DNA of 64,000 nucleotides from Podarcis pityusensis. Lineage: Eukaryota. The position numbers and the translations under genes are program-made. Under the pieces are notes generated by a model. The model made no database searches, was not told where the DNA came from, and saw only the letters and a list, made by a program, of their open reading frames with translations. Positions 11,434 through 23,960 of the stretch are shown in pieces. The stretch lies in the NCBI GenBank assembly GCA_964106645.2, contig OZ067042.1; one strand, 5' to 3'. Every line of letters begins with the position of its first letter. The stretch's first letter is position 1.

Positions 11434-14400
11434 ATGAACTTTCCAAGCAATTTATTGTGCAAGGAAAGTGCAGTTGCTACCCATTTGTTACAGAGAATCC
11501 AAATATGTTTTCCCAAAATATTTCTGTTGCAAGAAGAATCCAAAGCACATTACAACTTCCTGCACGCAAGCCACAATTTGTTCTTGCTGGAATTGTGAGT
11601 ATCATAGAGGCAGAGGTCATGAGAATGTCATGGTACCAGTCATCAGCAGTGAACAATGGCATACTCATGCCCACAATGCAGGCACTATTCAAAAGTCTTC
11701 TTACTATTTGTTTAAAAGAAGAATAAATGCTATGCTGTTATGGTCCAATAGAAGCACTCATCTAGCCTACAACTCCAAAGCCACTCCTACATTGTGCATC
11801 AGTGATCTATGGTCCCATCTTGGATACTTCCTTTTTTTAGGTCTTAGAATGGTAGGCCCCTCCTTGTTTTCAGACAGTCCCCTAACCTAGAACAGCTGCT
11901 CACCAACAACAGGACATGTAAGAGCCACACAAACACAAGCATCAAACTCTGCAACAAACCCAGAAACCAACTCTATCCCCATATCTAGTAACATCAGCCA
12001 CAACATCAAGGTTCATTTACTTGCTAATCTTCCAATATGACATATACTATCATCTGCCTGAAATGCTTCTTTGCATTCTACATAAGCCAGTTTATATGTA
12101 AAATAACACATTTGGACACACCAAGGCGTAGGTGAGGCAGAGAGCTGGTGACTGACTCATTCAGTGAGCCTCATGACCAAGTAGGAATTTGAACCCAGGT
12201 CTCCCTTATTTTATCTAGTCAAGCTCTCTAGCTACTGTATCATCTTGTTTCTCATTAGCACATCAAACAGAAGGGTTCTAGTTTAGCCTTTTCATTGATG
12301 TCTAGTTTCCATGTGCAGAGATTTTACTCTTATTTCCGGTGAGGGGAGCATATGGAGGAACACTGAGATATATTTAGGAAAAAATATATGCTGCTTGATT
12401 AACAGAACCTCTAAGCAATTTACGAAGCTGTGCAAACCCCAATCTGCAGCCTGAAGTGCTATGGCCAAGCCACAGATTTACTGTTTTAATGATAGCTAGG
12501 CCTAAATATTATTTTTCATTCCTGGTGCCCAAAGCTGGAGGATACTAAAAAGGTCCCTGCCCCAATCTCACCACAGTTTGCTGTGGTATAAAATTAAGAA
12601 AGCTTCTTTACACCAGGCTTTTGGCTTGCTAGAAACGTGCTTGCTGCCCAAATGCAAGACCTATAGCTGAAGCTAGATATATTGACTGTACCACAGGTGC
12701 TGCTAGAGCTCATTAGCATTTTTACACATCAGCAGCTGTTGTTAAGTATCTGCAGCAGAGCCCTGCTGCAATCTGTTTGCTTCTCCTTAAAAAATACGGA
12801 TGAAACCCTACAGAGTCTTCTAGTCTTGTGTTTATTGTTTGATGTCAGAAAGTGTATACTGTACAAAAAAAGATATAGTGGAATTTGTTGCATTAGAGCC
12901 TCTGAGTCGGGAGCAGAACAAATATTGCCAAGAGGGAGGCAAAACAGCCGCAGCCAATCCAGGTTAAAGTAATTACCACTGAAAGGAAGCAATTTATCCC
13001 TATGCATAGTAATACACATTGCCAAGCTATACATCTCTGTGCACATCCTCATCATAACCATTCAGCTCCTATTTGTCTAAAGTGGTTCACCTCTGCATAA
13101 TTGCCTTATAAGTTGGCATGCAGCAGCAGAAGCACTAGGCAACAGATATATATGTACATTTGGTGGGTGCAGGTCTTTCATCTGCAGTTTATAAATTGTG
13201 GATTAAGGCTATTTTAGGAAATAGTCATTGTGCTAATCTTTTAGCTCTTTGGTTGTGTTAAAATACTTCTGTAATAACCCAGCACCTATAATGCTGAACA
13301 TATTTTATCACAAGATCTGGAAAATAAACCACATTTCTACCAGGGGCATAAAATGCTATGTATACAGCAGTTGTTCAGCAAGGATATACTGTATGTGAGC
13401 CCATGTACAGCTAAGGCATAGGGTCCTAGAGCAATAAACTGCTCAGAAATTTGGATAGGTTTAACAAAGGCCACAGCTTTGGTTAGAGAGCCCTCCATCT
13501 GGCATGGCATAGGGCAAGGGTGTTGTCATCGAATAGTCCATGGTGGCTGATGTCTCCAACCTAGCCCAATTACTTGGCCTTCCAATGGGAAGTTGGTCTA
13601 ATGTTTTGGGCTTGCCACATTGTGAACCCATCTAGTGAGAGCCCCCTCAGACAACTTGGTGGCACTGGGGCCCTACAGCTAATAAGCAGCACCCCAAGAC
13701 TCTTTGGAATCCCCCCCTCCAGCAAGAAGCAGGGTGCCCATCCCCTGCTTAACCTGACTATGGACCCTGCCCAATGCCTCCCCAAACAGAGCAAAGTTGT
13801 AACAAAAGAAGCCATATAATGGGGAAGGCAAAACCCTCACAGGTCATTGTTAACCAGAGACTGACCCATATGCACAGTCATATTCTGCACAAGTCATCCC
13901 AAGAACTCCCAAAAATTATGAATAATCAACTACAAAAGAGGGTGGGATGGGTGGGGGTGCTGGCAATGATGCTGAGGATATTCCTGGGCATACCTTTGTT
14001 TATTTCCTGTGGTCGGACCAGACAAAGCAGAGTCTTCACTCTGGTCCAAACCAGGCCTCCAGCCACAGCCCCTCATTGGCTTCTAGGGGCAATGCCACCC
14101 AGGTTCCAGCTGGGAGCAGCAAGGCAAGACAGATCCCAGGCACACTGCAATGGAACCCATCTCCCTCTTCCCTGGGGCATGCTGGGATCCCCAGTAATTC
14201 AGGGGACCTGCGACATACCAGAATGCTTCCTCACAAATGGATTTGCAGGTCAGTCAACCACAACTAGGGTGGCCAGATGCTAAAGAGGGCGGAGCTCCTT
14301 CACCTCTACCAGTTCTGTAAAATAGAGTTTCAGCAGAAATTCCCTCCTCCACCCAGCAATTAAAGTTGCAGGAGCCCTGTCCTCCTTTGCATCTGCCTAC

Positions 14401-16954
14401 ATTATCCACACCATCTATAAATTCAGGGAGGGCGTGTGTGCCCCAAAAACAAAAGTGGCCATTGCCCCCAAAGCTACCATTGCACCTTGCAAAATAAATG
14501 TATTTCAAATAAGTGCATGCTCTTCAGAGCACGCCTGAATACTCAAATAGTTGAACTTCCACCTTTTTTTTCTGATGAAGCGAGACTTCCTCTGATAGAT
14601 TTTGAACTCCAGTTATGGTAGATTCTCAGTAGGGATTCACTTACCATACCTAAGAGTTGCCGAGCCAAGACATAGGCTGGAGTGTGCCAACAACTATGAC
14701 AGCTGGGTCAGTGTAACATTGCAAAAGCGGGTGGCATGCCAAGCACAGCTGCAAGGTTATAGCACCTTTCTGGACAGACTTGACAGCTCAAATGTTGACG
14801 TTAAAGAGTTGGCTGGAAAGCTAAACTCAACAAGGAACACCTAATCAATGTCAAAATGGGAGGAAATACCAAGTTGACCTTTTGCACTGGTGTAACCTTG
14901 ATACAGATACAGGACTGTCCAGCGCATTCATATAACTGTCAAGAAGGGGAAGAAAGATCATCATGTTTGAAGATGACACATAACAGGAATACATTGCTAG
15001 CAACGTGGTTCTAGCAACAAAAGCTGCCTGAGCTACTTGAATTCCTGCACCAGAGTAATATTCCTTCAGTGGTACTGCATCAGTGCTTGGGACACCTGGA
15101 ATAATCTACAACTTTTTCAAAGGCAGGAAGAGGCAGCGTTTCTTCCTTGTGCCCCTGATCTTCTATGGAAATGTTTGTCCAGTGATGACATATGTCCATA
15201 TGTAAGCTTCCGTGGGGGGAGGTAGTGTGGGGCTCAAGCTGGCCCGCCTACCAACTTATTTTAAAGGGGAGCCCCAGCCAACCTAGCTATCGTAATTACT
15301 TGGCATCTCAATATTTAAAGTTTTGCTTGTGGTATTTTCCTCAGTATTGACTCTTTGTTTGTGTTGGGGTAATAAAATTGCAATATATGGCACAGGACTC
15401 ATTTAACCAGTCCTGTCAGTGGAAATCCTGCATAGCATAGGCAATTCTTAAGCCTGAGCCTCCTTATTCCATTCTGCAGCATTTCCATCAGTATTCTGAA
15501 CAGAAGCATCCTGTACACCAGGGAATGTTAATCTGTGGCCCTCTAGATGTTGTTAGACAGCAGATCCCCTTCACTCTGACGGTTGGTCATGCTGACTGGG
15601 GCTAATAAGAGCTAGAGTCCAGCAACTGGAGGACCAGAGGTTAGCCACCCTGTTTTACATTCTGTGCTCCACTGGGGTCCCAAACAGTAACAGCAAGTCA
15701 GATGGTGTTCTTGAAGGTTACCCTGCAACTGTGGAACTCTCTTTTCCTGGATACATGCTGGATGTGAACCAATTCCCCCCCCCCCCCATTCTTTTTTTTT
15801 AGCACCAACTTTTGGCAGGCAGGTTGAAGTTGAGCTTTCTACCACAAATGCTTTGCTTTCATCTGATTATCAGTAGATACTTTTTGCAACTTTTGCAACT
15901 TTTTGCAATTAAAATTTGCCTCCAAATTAAAGTAACAGATTAATATTTTATAAGCAATGATTATGAAAATTAAAATAATATCCCTGACAGGGAAACAATG
16001 CTCCCTGGGCACAAGGGAGCTCCCACATATGCCTCAGAGGGTCGCTGGAAAGGAGTGAAGGTTTTAACAATTATCTCACAAACAATACATTACATGCTTT
16101 GCATTGTTTCTTAGACTGCTACCTTACTTTATTTATTATGACATGTATCAAGATATCGTAATTGTAATAAAAATGCTTTAATTGATTTGCAATGCTACAA
16201 AATAAACATGCTTGCTTCCAAAACAATATAAAAGACTTTGATTGATAAATTCTTAAACCCTAAGACACAGAGAACTTAAACTGATCTAAAGCTTTAAATC
16301 AGCTTAAACAGTTTGAGCCCATCTAAAAGCCATAAAGTGCCCTAAGCAGCTTCATGCAACCTTTAGCCCTAAAGTGGCTCCAGTAGCTTAACAGTTCTTG
16401 TTTCCCCTAACCCTGCTGGCCAATTCCTTTTTCTCCATTCAGATTTGGGATTTGAGCTTTGATGGCGATCTCTGAGTTACTGACAGAACCCAACAGTTGG
16501 TGGTCTGACTTCACCCCAAATCCTGTTTGCTGTTTCTCTGGGGCTGCAATGAAGAATGAACAGAAGGCCAAGCTCAATGCACTGGGCCTAAGACCATCAG
16601 CTGCTGGGAATTTGTGCTCTCTCCCTCCAGCACAAACTCCATACATAATGCCAGATGTTTCCAATGTAGCTGCAAAAGGCTCTGGCTATTCTAGGAATAG
16701 AATTAGTAGAGAGTAACAATTTCTTCATTTCCTTTTTGAAATGTAAAATTGCAATTTATGAGTGCTAGAAGCATGGGTGCATTCACATACAGCCATACAG
16801 TAGAGAAGATGGACAACTTATTGTGAGTACGGACTACGCCAGAGAGAGCCCACATGGTACCCTCTAGATGTTGTTGGACTCCAGTTTTCATCAATCCCAC
16901 CCAATGGCTATTTTTTCACAAGACCACCAACCCATTAGCCTCTATAACCTAGAC

Positions 16955-17190
16955 TGCCTTTTACCAGCTTAAACTAGAACATCACCTAGGACCCCACCTG
17001 GACAGAGCTGGCCTTGCTTCAATTAGTCATGCCCTGGTAACTTCCTGTTCAAAGTACCACAATGTTTTATATGTGAGTCTGCCTGTGAAGGTGGACTGGA
17101 AATGTCAGTTAACAGAGCATATGGCGGAGAAACTGTTAAACGGGACTGAGTGATATGAACACAACATGCCATTGCTTTGCCATCCTCATA
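16955..17190 (+). mobile_element. Degenerate L2/CR1-clade LINE fragment
   Basis: Remnants translating as AFYQLKL...HALVTS...YHNVLYVSLP. Confidence 0.6.
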
Positions 17191-19754
17191 GAATCCTAGA
17201 ATTGTAGAGCTGAGAGGGATCCCTAGCTCATTTCTAGGCCCAATTCATGGTGCTAATTTTGACCTTTAGCACCCTTCATAGCTTGGGAACAGAGCGCTCA
17301 AAAGCCCACGTGTCTCCAAACATCCCTACCCAGTCCATGAAATCTTATTTCAGGATCCTGCACTGAATGGCCCCACCAAGTAAGGTACAACAGGAGGCTT
17401 GTGGGGAAAGGTGTGTTTTTGTTTTTTCATTTTTTGTTATGGCTCCCTGCTATGGAATGCAGTGTCCTAAGAGAGACTTTCCTGGCATCTAACTTTGTGT
17501 ACCCTTGGCACACAACCTTTTTATTTTTTTAGACCTTGAAAAATATAATGGCACAATTTCTGTCCTGTGTAACATTCTCAAAAAAAGAAAGAAAGAAAGA
17601 AAGAAAGAAGAATAGTATTATTCTACATATTACAAAAACCTCATACCAGGTAGCATCATTTCAAGAGAGAATGGGAGACAATGAGCATCCCCATGCTATT
17701 TGAGTTGATCTTTAATTCAACCAAGGTTGTGAAGATCCAGGCTTACTTGTGCTGTTTTTTACAAGACAGCATATGTGCAGAAAATGTTGAGCATTTGGGA
17801 ATGTTGGAAACATCTCAAGACTTCAGGGGTCAGAGAAGCAGGCCAAGAGAGTTTAAAAGATAACAGCAATTAATTCCATTGTATGTAGTTTATTCAAGGC
17901 TTAACATGCTCATGAGCACATCACAAATATGTATGCTTCTCATTGTGTATGTTATCTCAGACATGTCATGAATGCTTTTGCTCAAAATAACAGCAAATTC
18001 GAAGAATAGCTGATAGCATCATTTATTCATTTGAAAACAAGCTTCCCATGCATTCAGACTGCTGCCTTGGGATGGGAAATAAATCAGAAAGGCAGCAGAT
18101 AATGATCAGAGACCCCTTTTATAGAACATCGCCTGGGAGCATGGGGTAAAATAAGCAAATAGCTGCCTTAGCATTCTTTCACACATGCCAGAAGTAGACC
18201 TGGGATGGTCTAAATAAAAGGTTCCTGGATCCAAATTAACCATGGATGAAGTGGGGTATACAGCCGTTCTCTCTCTCTGAGCATCAGCTATCTAGATAGA
18301 TGCAGTAACTCATCCTAACTTTCATTTGTCCTTTGAACTTAGCACAGAAGTTCTAGTTAGAACCTTACATGCATATATATTGCACATATGTAAGATGTGT
18401 GCACAAAGAAACAATCAATTAATGGAGGTGGGCAGCAGCTGCAAACTTTATCAATCTTCTGCATGTTCATTGTACCCATTTTATTACTCTAGGTGTTTGT
18501 TTTTTTAAAAAAAATTCTAGGTACAGGTGTGGGGCATTATCATTGACAATGCACAGAGATGTTTAAGACTTTCCCTCCCTTCCATCTCAGTAAAAAAAAA
18601 AAATCCCACCATGGTCAGACTCCCACCTGACTCAGACCCTGGGAGAAACCATATCCAAGAAGGCGATTTAGGATCCCACAGCAATCCCCAGTACAACTGA
18701 GGACTTGGTCATGGACCTGATCCCAAGGTAGCGTGAAGTACCCCGTATCAAGGATGTTTTGGCTGGGTCCTTTTATACACTCTATGGCTACAGCCAAGCC
18801 CTGCATCAGTGCCCAGTTCTCACTCTTTGCTCCCAAGGGTCTTGAGAGTAAATGCAGGAGCTAAATAAGTGGCAAACAGCAAGATGGCATAAGGGTACCT
18901 GTGTAGATGCCAAAAGACACAATTACCATGGTTCTACCCCAGGAAGAGTCTACTCAGAAGAAAGGGAGAATGTCCTCTGGATTCTTGCTGGCTTAATCGC
19001 TCTCCTGTTCCTACTCTTCAGCACATGGGAGCCTGTGTACACATTACTGCCTTAAAACACAGCAGGGTCGGGTTTCTCTTTTGCATTTTCAACTTGCATT
19101 GTCACATCAGTTGTAGACATCATTACAGCTTGGTGTTTACCCAAATTCTCAATTTCTGTCCACACCAGCAGGTGTAGAGGAGGCAATGCTGTGTTCATAT
19201 GGCTTACATTTTCAATTCAGTTTGAAGTTGGGGGAGCATCAAAATGCAGTATTTCTCAGGAAACCACAGGATAGGTGTGGATTGTATATATACAGAGCTT
19301 CACAAATCAGCAGTGGGAAAACACTGGATGCAGAGGTAATGGGACTGAGCATTTAGAAGGAACTTGTGGTATTGGTGTTAACTGCTAATCATGTTGGTAA
19401 CATATGTGTAGTTAGGCCCTTAATAAGAACCTTACTGCATCAGAGCAAAGATCCATCTCATCCAACTTCCTGTTTATAACAGTGGCTAAGAAAATTCTTC
19501 TGTAAAGTCCCAACTCCAGACATGAGTGAAATAGCCTCTCTCTCCCTGCCCCTTGAATCTTGTATTCAGTTGTATTTAGTTGTATGCTGCTCAAAACCAA
19601 CCCATTTTACAGTCCGGAGCAAAAATATAAGATTTTCCCCACCTGAAGCCATTCCATCTGCATTAGCTGAATCTTTTTAACTCTGGTGAAGGGCTCCTAT
19701 ATCAGTATCTACAGACACTCTCCAACGGGTTGACTTCCATTGTCTGCCAAGATG

Positions 19755-19885
19755 AAGGTTACCAGATGTCCCCATTTCCCAGGGACAGTCCCCGGATTTA
19801 CAAATCAGTCCCCATACAAAATCCATCTATTTAGTAGGAAGTTGAAAAGTGTCCCTGGATTCATTGAAAAAAATCTGGTAACCTT
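19755..19885. mobile_element. Short MITE (hAT-like ends)
   Basis: 13-bp TIR AAGGTTACCAGAT / ATCTGGTAACCTT. Confidence 0.7.
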
Positions 19886-19959
19886 AAGATCGATGCCAAC
19901 ACATAGGAAGGGCACAATGTCCTGAGGGCAGCAGAGAACTTTAAGGGAGGGTACCTCTA

Positions 19960-20422
19960 ACAGATGGGAAAGCCTGGTGGGTTGCAGGGGCGGAAGAAGG
20001 GGGTGCTGTGGGGGCAGCCTGCCCCAGGTGTCATCACTTGGGGGGTGACAAAATGGTGGGCAGCACTTACCGTGGGGCCTGCAGTGTGCCCGAGCCACGC
20101 GTCTCTCCTGGGAGTGACGCAGTGGCTTGGGCACCTGCAGGCTCCACGCTGCCCCAAACGGTCTGCCCACCACCTCCCCCTCAGCTGTAAGGTGGCTGAG
20201 TGGGAGGAAGCAGGCAGATTCCTCAGAGGCCCCGTGGAGCATCCTGCCCTGGCTGGCCCTGCCCCCGGGTGCAGGGCACGTGCGCCGCCCCAGGCGCCTG
20301 ATCGGCTTGCTCTGCAGCTAGTGGGTTGAGTAGCAAAAGCCAGGGGTGAAGCCAGTACTGCCACCCTTCCACCCACTACCTGAAGGGCTCTCTCACTCCC
20401 CCTTATGATAGGGCTGGCCCTG
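19960..20422. mobile_element. GC-rich degenerate DNA-transposon (hAT-like) remnant; left boundary approximate
   Basis: Ends in GGGCTGGCCCTG, the same terminus as 10225-10499. GC richness explains the overlapping chance ORFs. Confidence 0.5.
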
Positions 20423-21229
20423 ATACTTGCTCTGACAATTTAGTTATCATGGTTAATAGTCACTGATAGACGATGAATTTGTTTAATCCCTCCTTAAAGC
20501 CACATTGTGTTTTGAGGCTGTCTGAGGGAACAGGCCTCTATTTTGAAAGAAAAGATGATGAGAGGCTCCCCTGCTGTTTCTTCCCCTGAGGTGAGTATTA
20601 AATGTAATTAGAAGTAATGCTAGGATTGCAGACAAAACTAACTTCCCTCTTCCTCCCAGCGTTTTTTTTTCTTTTTCTTTTTTCCACCAGGGCCACATCC
20701 TACACAAGCTACAGGACCAGTAGACTTGAAAGTGCTTTTTGTTCTTTTTCTTTTATCTACAATGATTAGGGAGGGGTGTTTCCACTCTCAGCTCTGAGAG
20801 CACTTTGAATGAGTCACAGTCTCTAAGTAGTGACCAATTAGTTCTTTTTGAAGAGATATAAAGGTTTTAAGGCAAAGAAGCCTTCTTGCATGGGCAGATA
20901 CAGGCACTGTAAGCAGCTGAAGAAGGCAAGCAAAGGTTAACTTAAAAGGTTTGGCCATTCACCAGAATGATGGATTTGACAACTTTCCCCAAACATTGGA
21001 TGAGGCCAGAGTGCATTCAGGTTTAACAATGAGGTACAGGGGAGTCTTCATGAGCCCCTGGATAGCAACACGATTAGTCAAAATACTAAGACACCCAGGG
21101 CACTGGGTGAACCAGCATAGGAACCAATGGTCCACTAAGCTCAGTACTGTCCATACTGAAGGGCATTGGCTCTTCAGGGTTTCAGGCAGGGGTCTCTTCC
21201 AGCTGCACCTGGAGAGATCAGCTATGAAG

Positions 21230-21400
21230 AATGAGAGTTATGAGTCAGGAAATCCCATGTTCAAATGTCACCCCAACCATGAATTCACCAGGTCACCTTA
21301 AGCACGTCACAATCTCTCAGTCTCAGCCTTCCATCTGCAGTATGGGAATGGTGGTAATAATATTAAGCCCTTTTATAGCTTAGTTGTTGTAAGAGTTATT
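21230..21400 (+). mobile_element. Old CORE-SINE (MIR-like) fragment; similar remnants at ~12120-12240, ~31500-31700 and ~36760-36900
   Basis: Core-like ctcagccttccatctgcagtatgggaat...gttgttgtaagag sequence. Confidence 0.5.
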
Positions 21401-23129
21401 GAAATCTAGCTGCTAAGGATAGAGCTGGAAACCTTCAGTTTGCTACTGTGTGCAGCTGAGGCATGTTGTCAGAAAGTTATCATGACTGCAGCATGGAGCA
21501 TATTTCCAGCCCTCAAGTATTCCCAAGTCTGTTCTGTCCTATTTCCGCAATAATTTTCCCATAGTGGTTTTTAATTTGCATGAACATCACACTTTGACAT
21601 GTATTTTTAAATGTAAGTTTCTGTTTAAATGCCGTTTTATGTGTTTTCTCTCAACATACACTTTAAAAAAATGAGTCAAGAACTACGGTACATCGAAAAA
21701 TTTGAGAGGTGGGAAGTTTGGTTTACGCATTAGTCCATGAAATGCAGGTCACATCAGTTTGTATTGGAGTTTGCAAAACATCAATTTCCCCCAGCATCAC
21801 TATTCCTTTCTGATCTGAGATCTTGCCTGAGCAACAAGGTCTTCCTGGCTCTGGTGTGTTACTTTCTAGGTGTCCCTTAACTCTTACTCTCTTACTGAAC
21901 ATCTGTCTCAAGCTTGACAGTGAAACACTTTGAACACTCTCAAGCACCTTGTAAATGGAAAGTATTTTATATGCTGTTGTGTCATCCAGTTAACAAGGTC
22001 TATTGATTGTATGAGTTTTGAATGGTTGATGAATTTCTTTGTATTCTGTCTATACGATGCTGTCTATACGATCATTTACCACATTAGAAGAGGCATTTCC
22101 TCCTGTGTGAAAGAGGGAGAATGCCTCTTCTCAAATAATGACTGTCATTTGCAATTTTTGATACATACTTATATTTTACAAATTAACATCCAGGTGGGAG
22201 GCAGCAGGTACAATCCTGATCACCTCATTGGGCCCTGTTTGAACCAGATGTACATATTCAGTTGATCAAAAGGTTTTTGAGTGATCAGTCTAACTAAACT
22301 ATCAGTACAATCTTAGACAGAAGTAAGCCCTACTGAGTTCAATGAGACTTACTCCCAAACAGGTGTATAGGGTTGCAGCCTAAATATTGCATTTGCTGTT
22401 ATGATGAAAACATGGTTTTCTCTCATCTGTTCATTCTTCTTTTTAAAAAGGCCCATTTTAAACATACAGCGGGATCAAGTTGTGTTTTTTTTTCCATGAA
22501 GGAGAGCACAGGAGAGGAGTTGCATGTTTAAATGCTCCCCACTTGCCCCAACAGCACTTTTTCTTGCGTGTAAAAAAGTAGTATCAGCCTAGTCTTCTTT
22601 TGGGTTTATTTTTCTGTGTAGGAGTTAATTTCATCTTTGGATGAAGAGCAGTATACAAATAATTCAAACCTGCAATCCCCCTTCCAGCAGTATGAAGTAG
22701 TTTGCTCTAGGAAAAGCATTAGCACTTCTGCTGCATATACACAAATTGGGTCAGAGACAGTTTACTCATGAATCCCAGGAGCTTTCCTTGGTTAAGGGTC
22801 CTGTGTGTGCTATTGCTGCCATTCAAGAACAAAAGAGATATCCTGGCAGGCTGTGGTGAGAAGAGGATATCTGTGCCTTGGAGGGACCTTATCATACTGC
22901 TGCCCAAACTCATGGGACTCTTCACAAGTGGATATTCCACCTAGCAATGGCAGCTGTCATCCTTGATCGCACATACCCTCCAGGAACTTCTCTACCAGCT
23001 GCTGTGTTCTTTCCTCAAAAATACTGCTAACATTAGTTTAAAAAGTTAGTAGGGTTCATCTACATCCCTGATAATCAGGTGCTATAACAGGGCTAAAAGG
23101 TATAGAAAATCTGTGACCTAAACTAGCTC

Positions 23130-23960
23130 TGGTTGGGAGAGAGCCCATAATCTTGACGGATAAAGGCAGTGCACATCCTGCTATTTCCAGGGAGGAAGTG
23201 GAAGTTCTAAATCAGTGCCTGGGGTCAGCTCTGTTTGTTCAGTCAACAAAGTGAAGCTTAATCCAGGTACTGTTGGTCAGTGATTCTCAAAATCTAGCTA
23301 CAATTGTGCAGCTATGGCTATACTCCTAAAAAAGCAACCACACAGCTTGGGGTACTCCTAGATCTAGTAGCCTTGCTCCTGGGTGGAATCTACACACATA
23401 TAAAAAAACACCATGAAAATGCTTTTTTAAAAAACGTTTTGAAAAATACATTGAATTTGGCATAGAACATTTGTATATTGCACTTTACAACACATTTAAA
23501 ACATTTTATTTGCAGCTGTATAGCTGAGTCCCTGGATACAGAGGTAGTGGAATGAGCTAACAGTGCCTTTTACCAGCTGCTGTGCCCTTTCCTGAGCTTC
23601 AGTCACTCATGTGATGGTCACTTTCAGGTTGGATTACTATAATGCAGTATTTATGAGGTTGCCCAGAGGGCAGCAACATGAGAATGGGCCTTCCCGTTTG
23701 TGGAATGGGCTTCCCGTTTGTGGAATGCTCTCCCTAGGAAGGCTCACCCAGCACCTTCATCACATATCTTTAGGCAGCAGGCAAAACATTTCTCTATAAC
23801 CAAGAGACTTTGGATGATTGAACATTCTATAGCCTTTTAAATGTTTTGTGAGAGGGGAGTTATTGGTTTTTGTTCTTGTTTTATTCTGTATTCTATCTTC
23901 TTATTTGTATTTTTATGTTGTGAACAGCCCTGTTATTTGAAGGAATAATAAATAATAAAA
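23130..23960 (+). mobile_element. Fragmented L2-like LINE 3' region with a nested MITE and (AAT)n tail
   Basis: VTFRLDYYNAVF motif, tgtggaatgctctccc (LWNAL) with a local ~20-bp tandem duplication, and an aataataat tail. Confidence 0.6.

Noticed and set aside
19805-20376. Several overlapping 120-145 aa ORFs (similar ones at 29924-30548 and 10173-10544)
   Set aside because: They fall in GC-rich MITEs where stop codons are rare; no transposase motifs.
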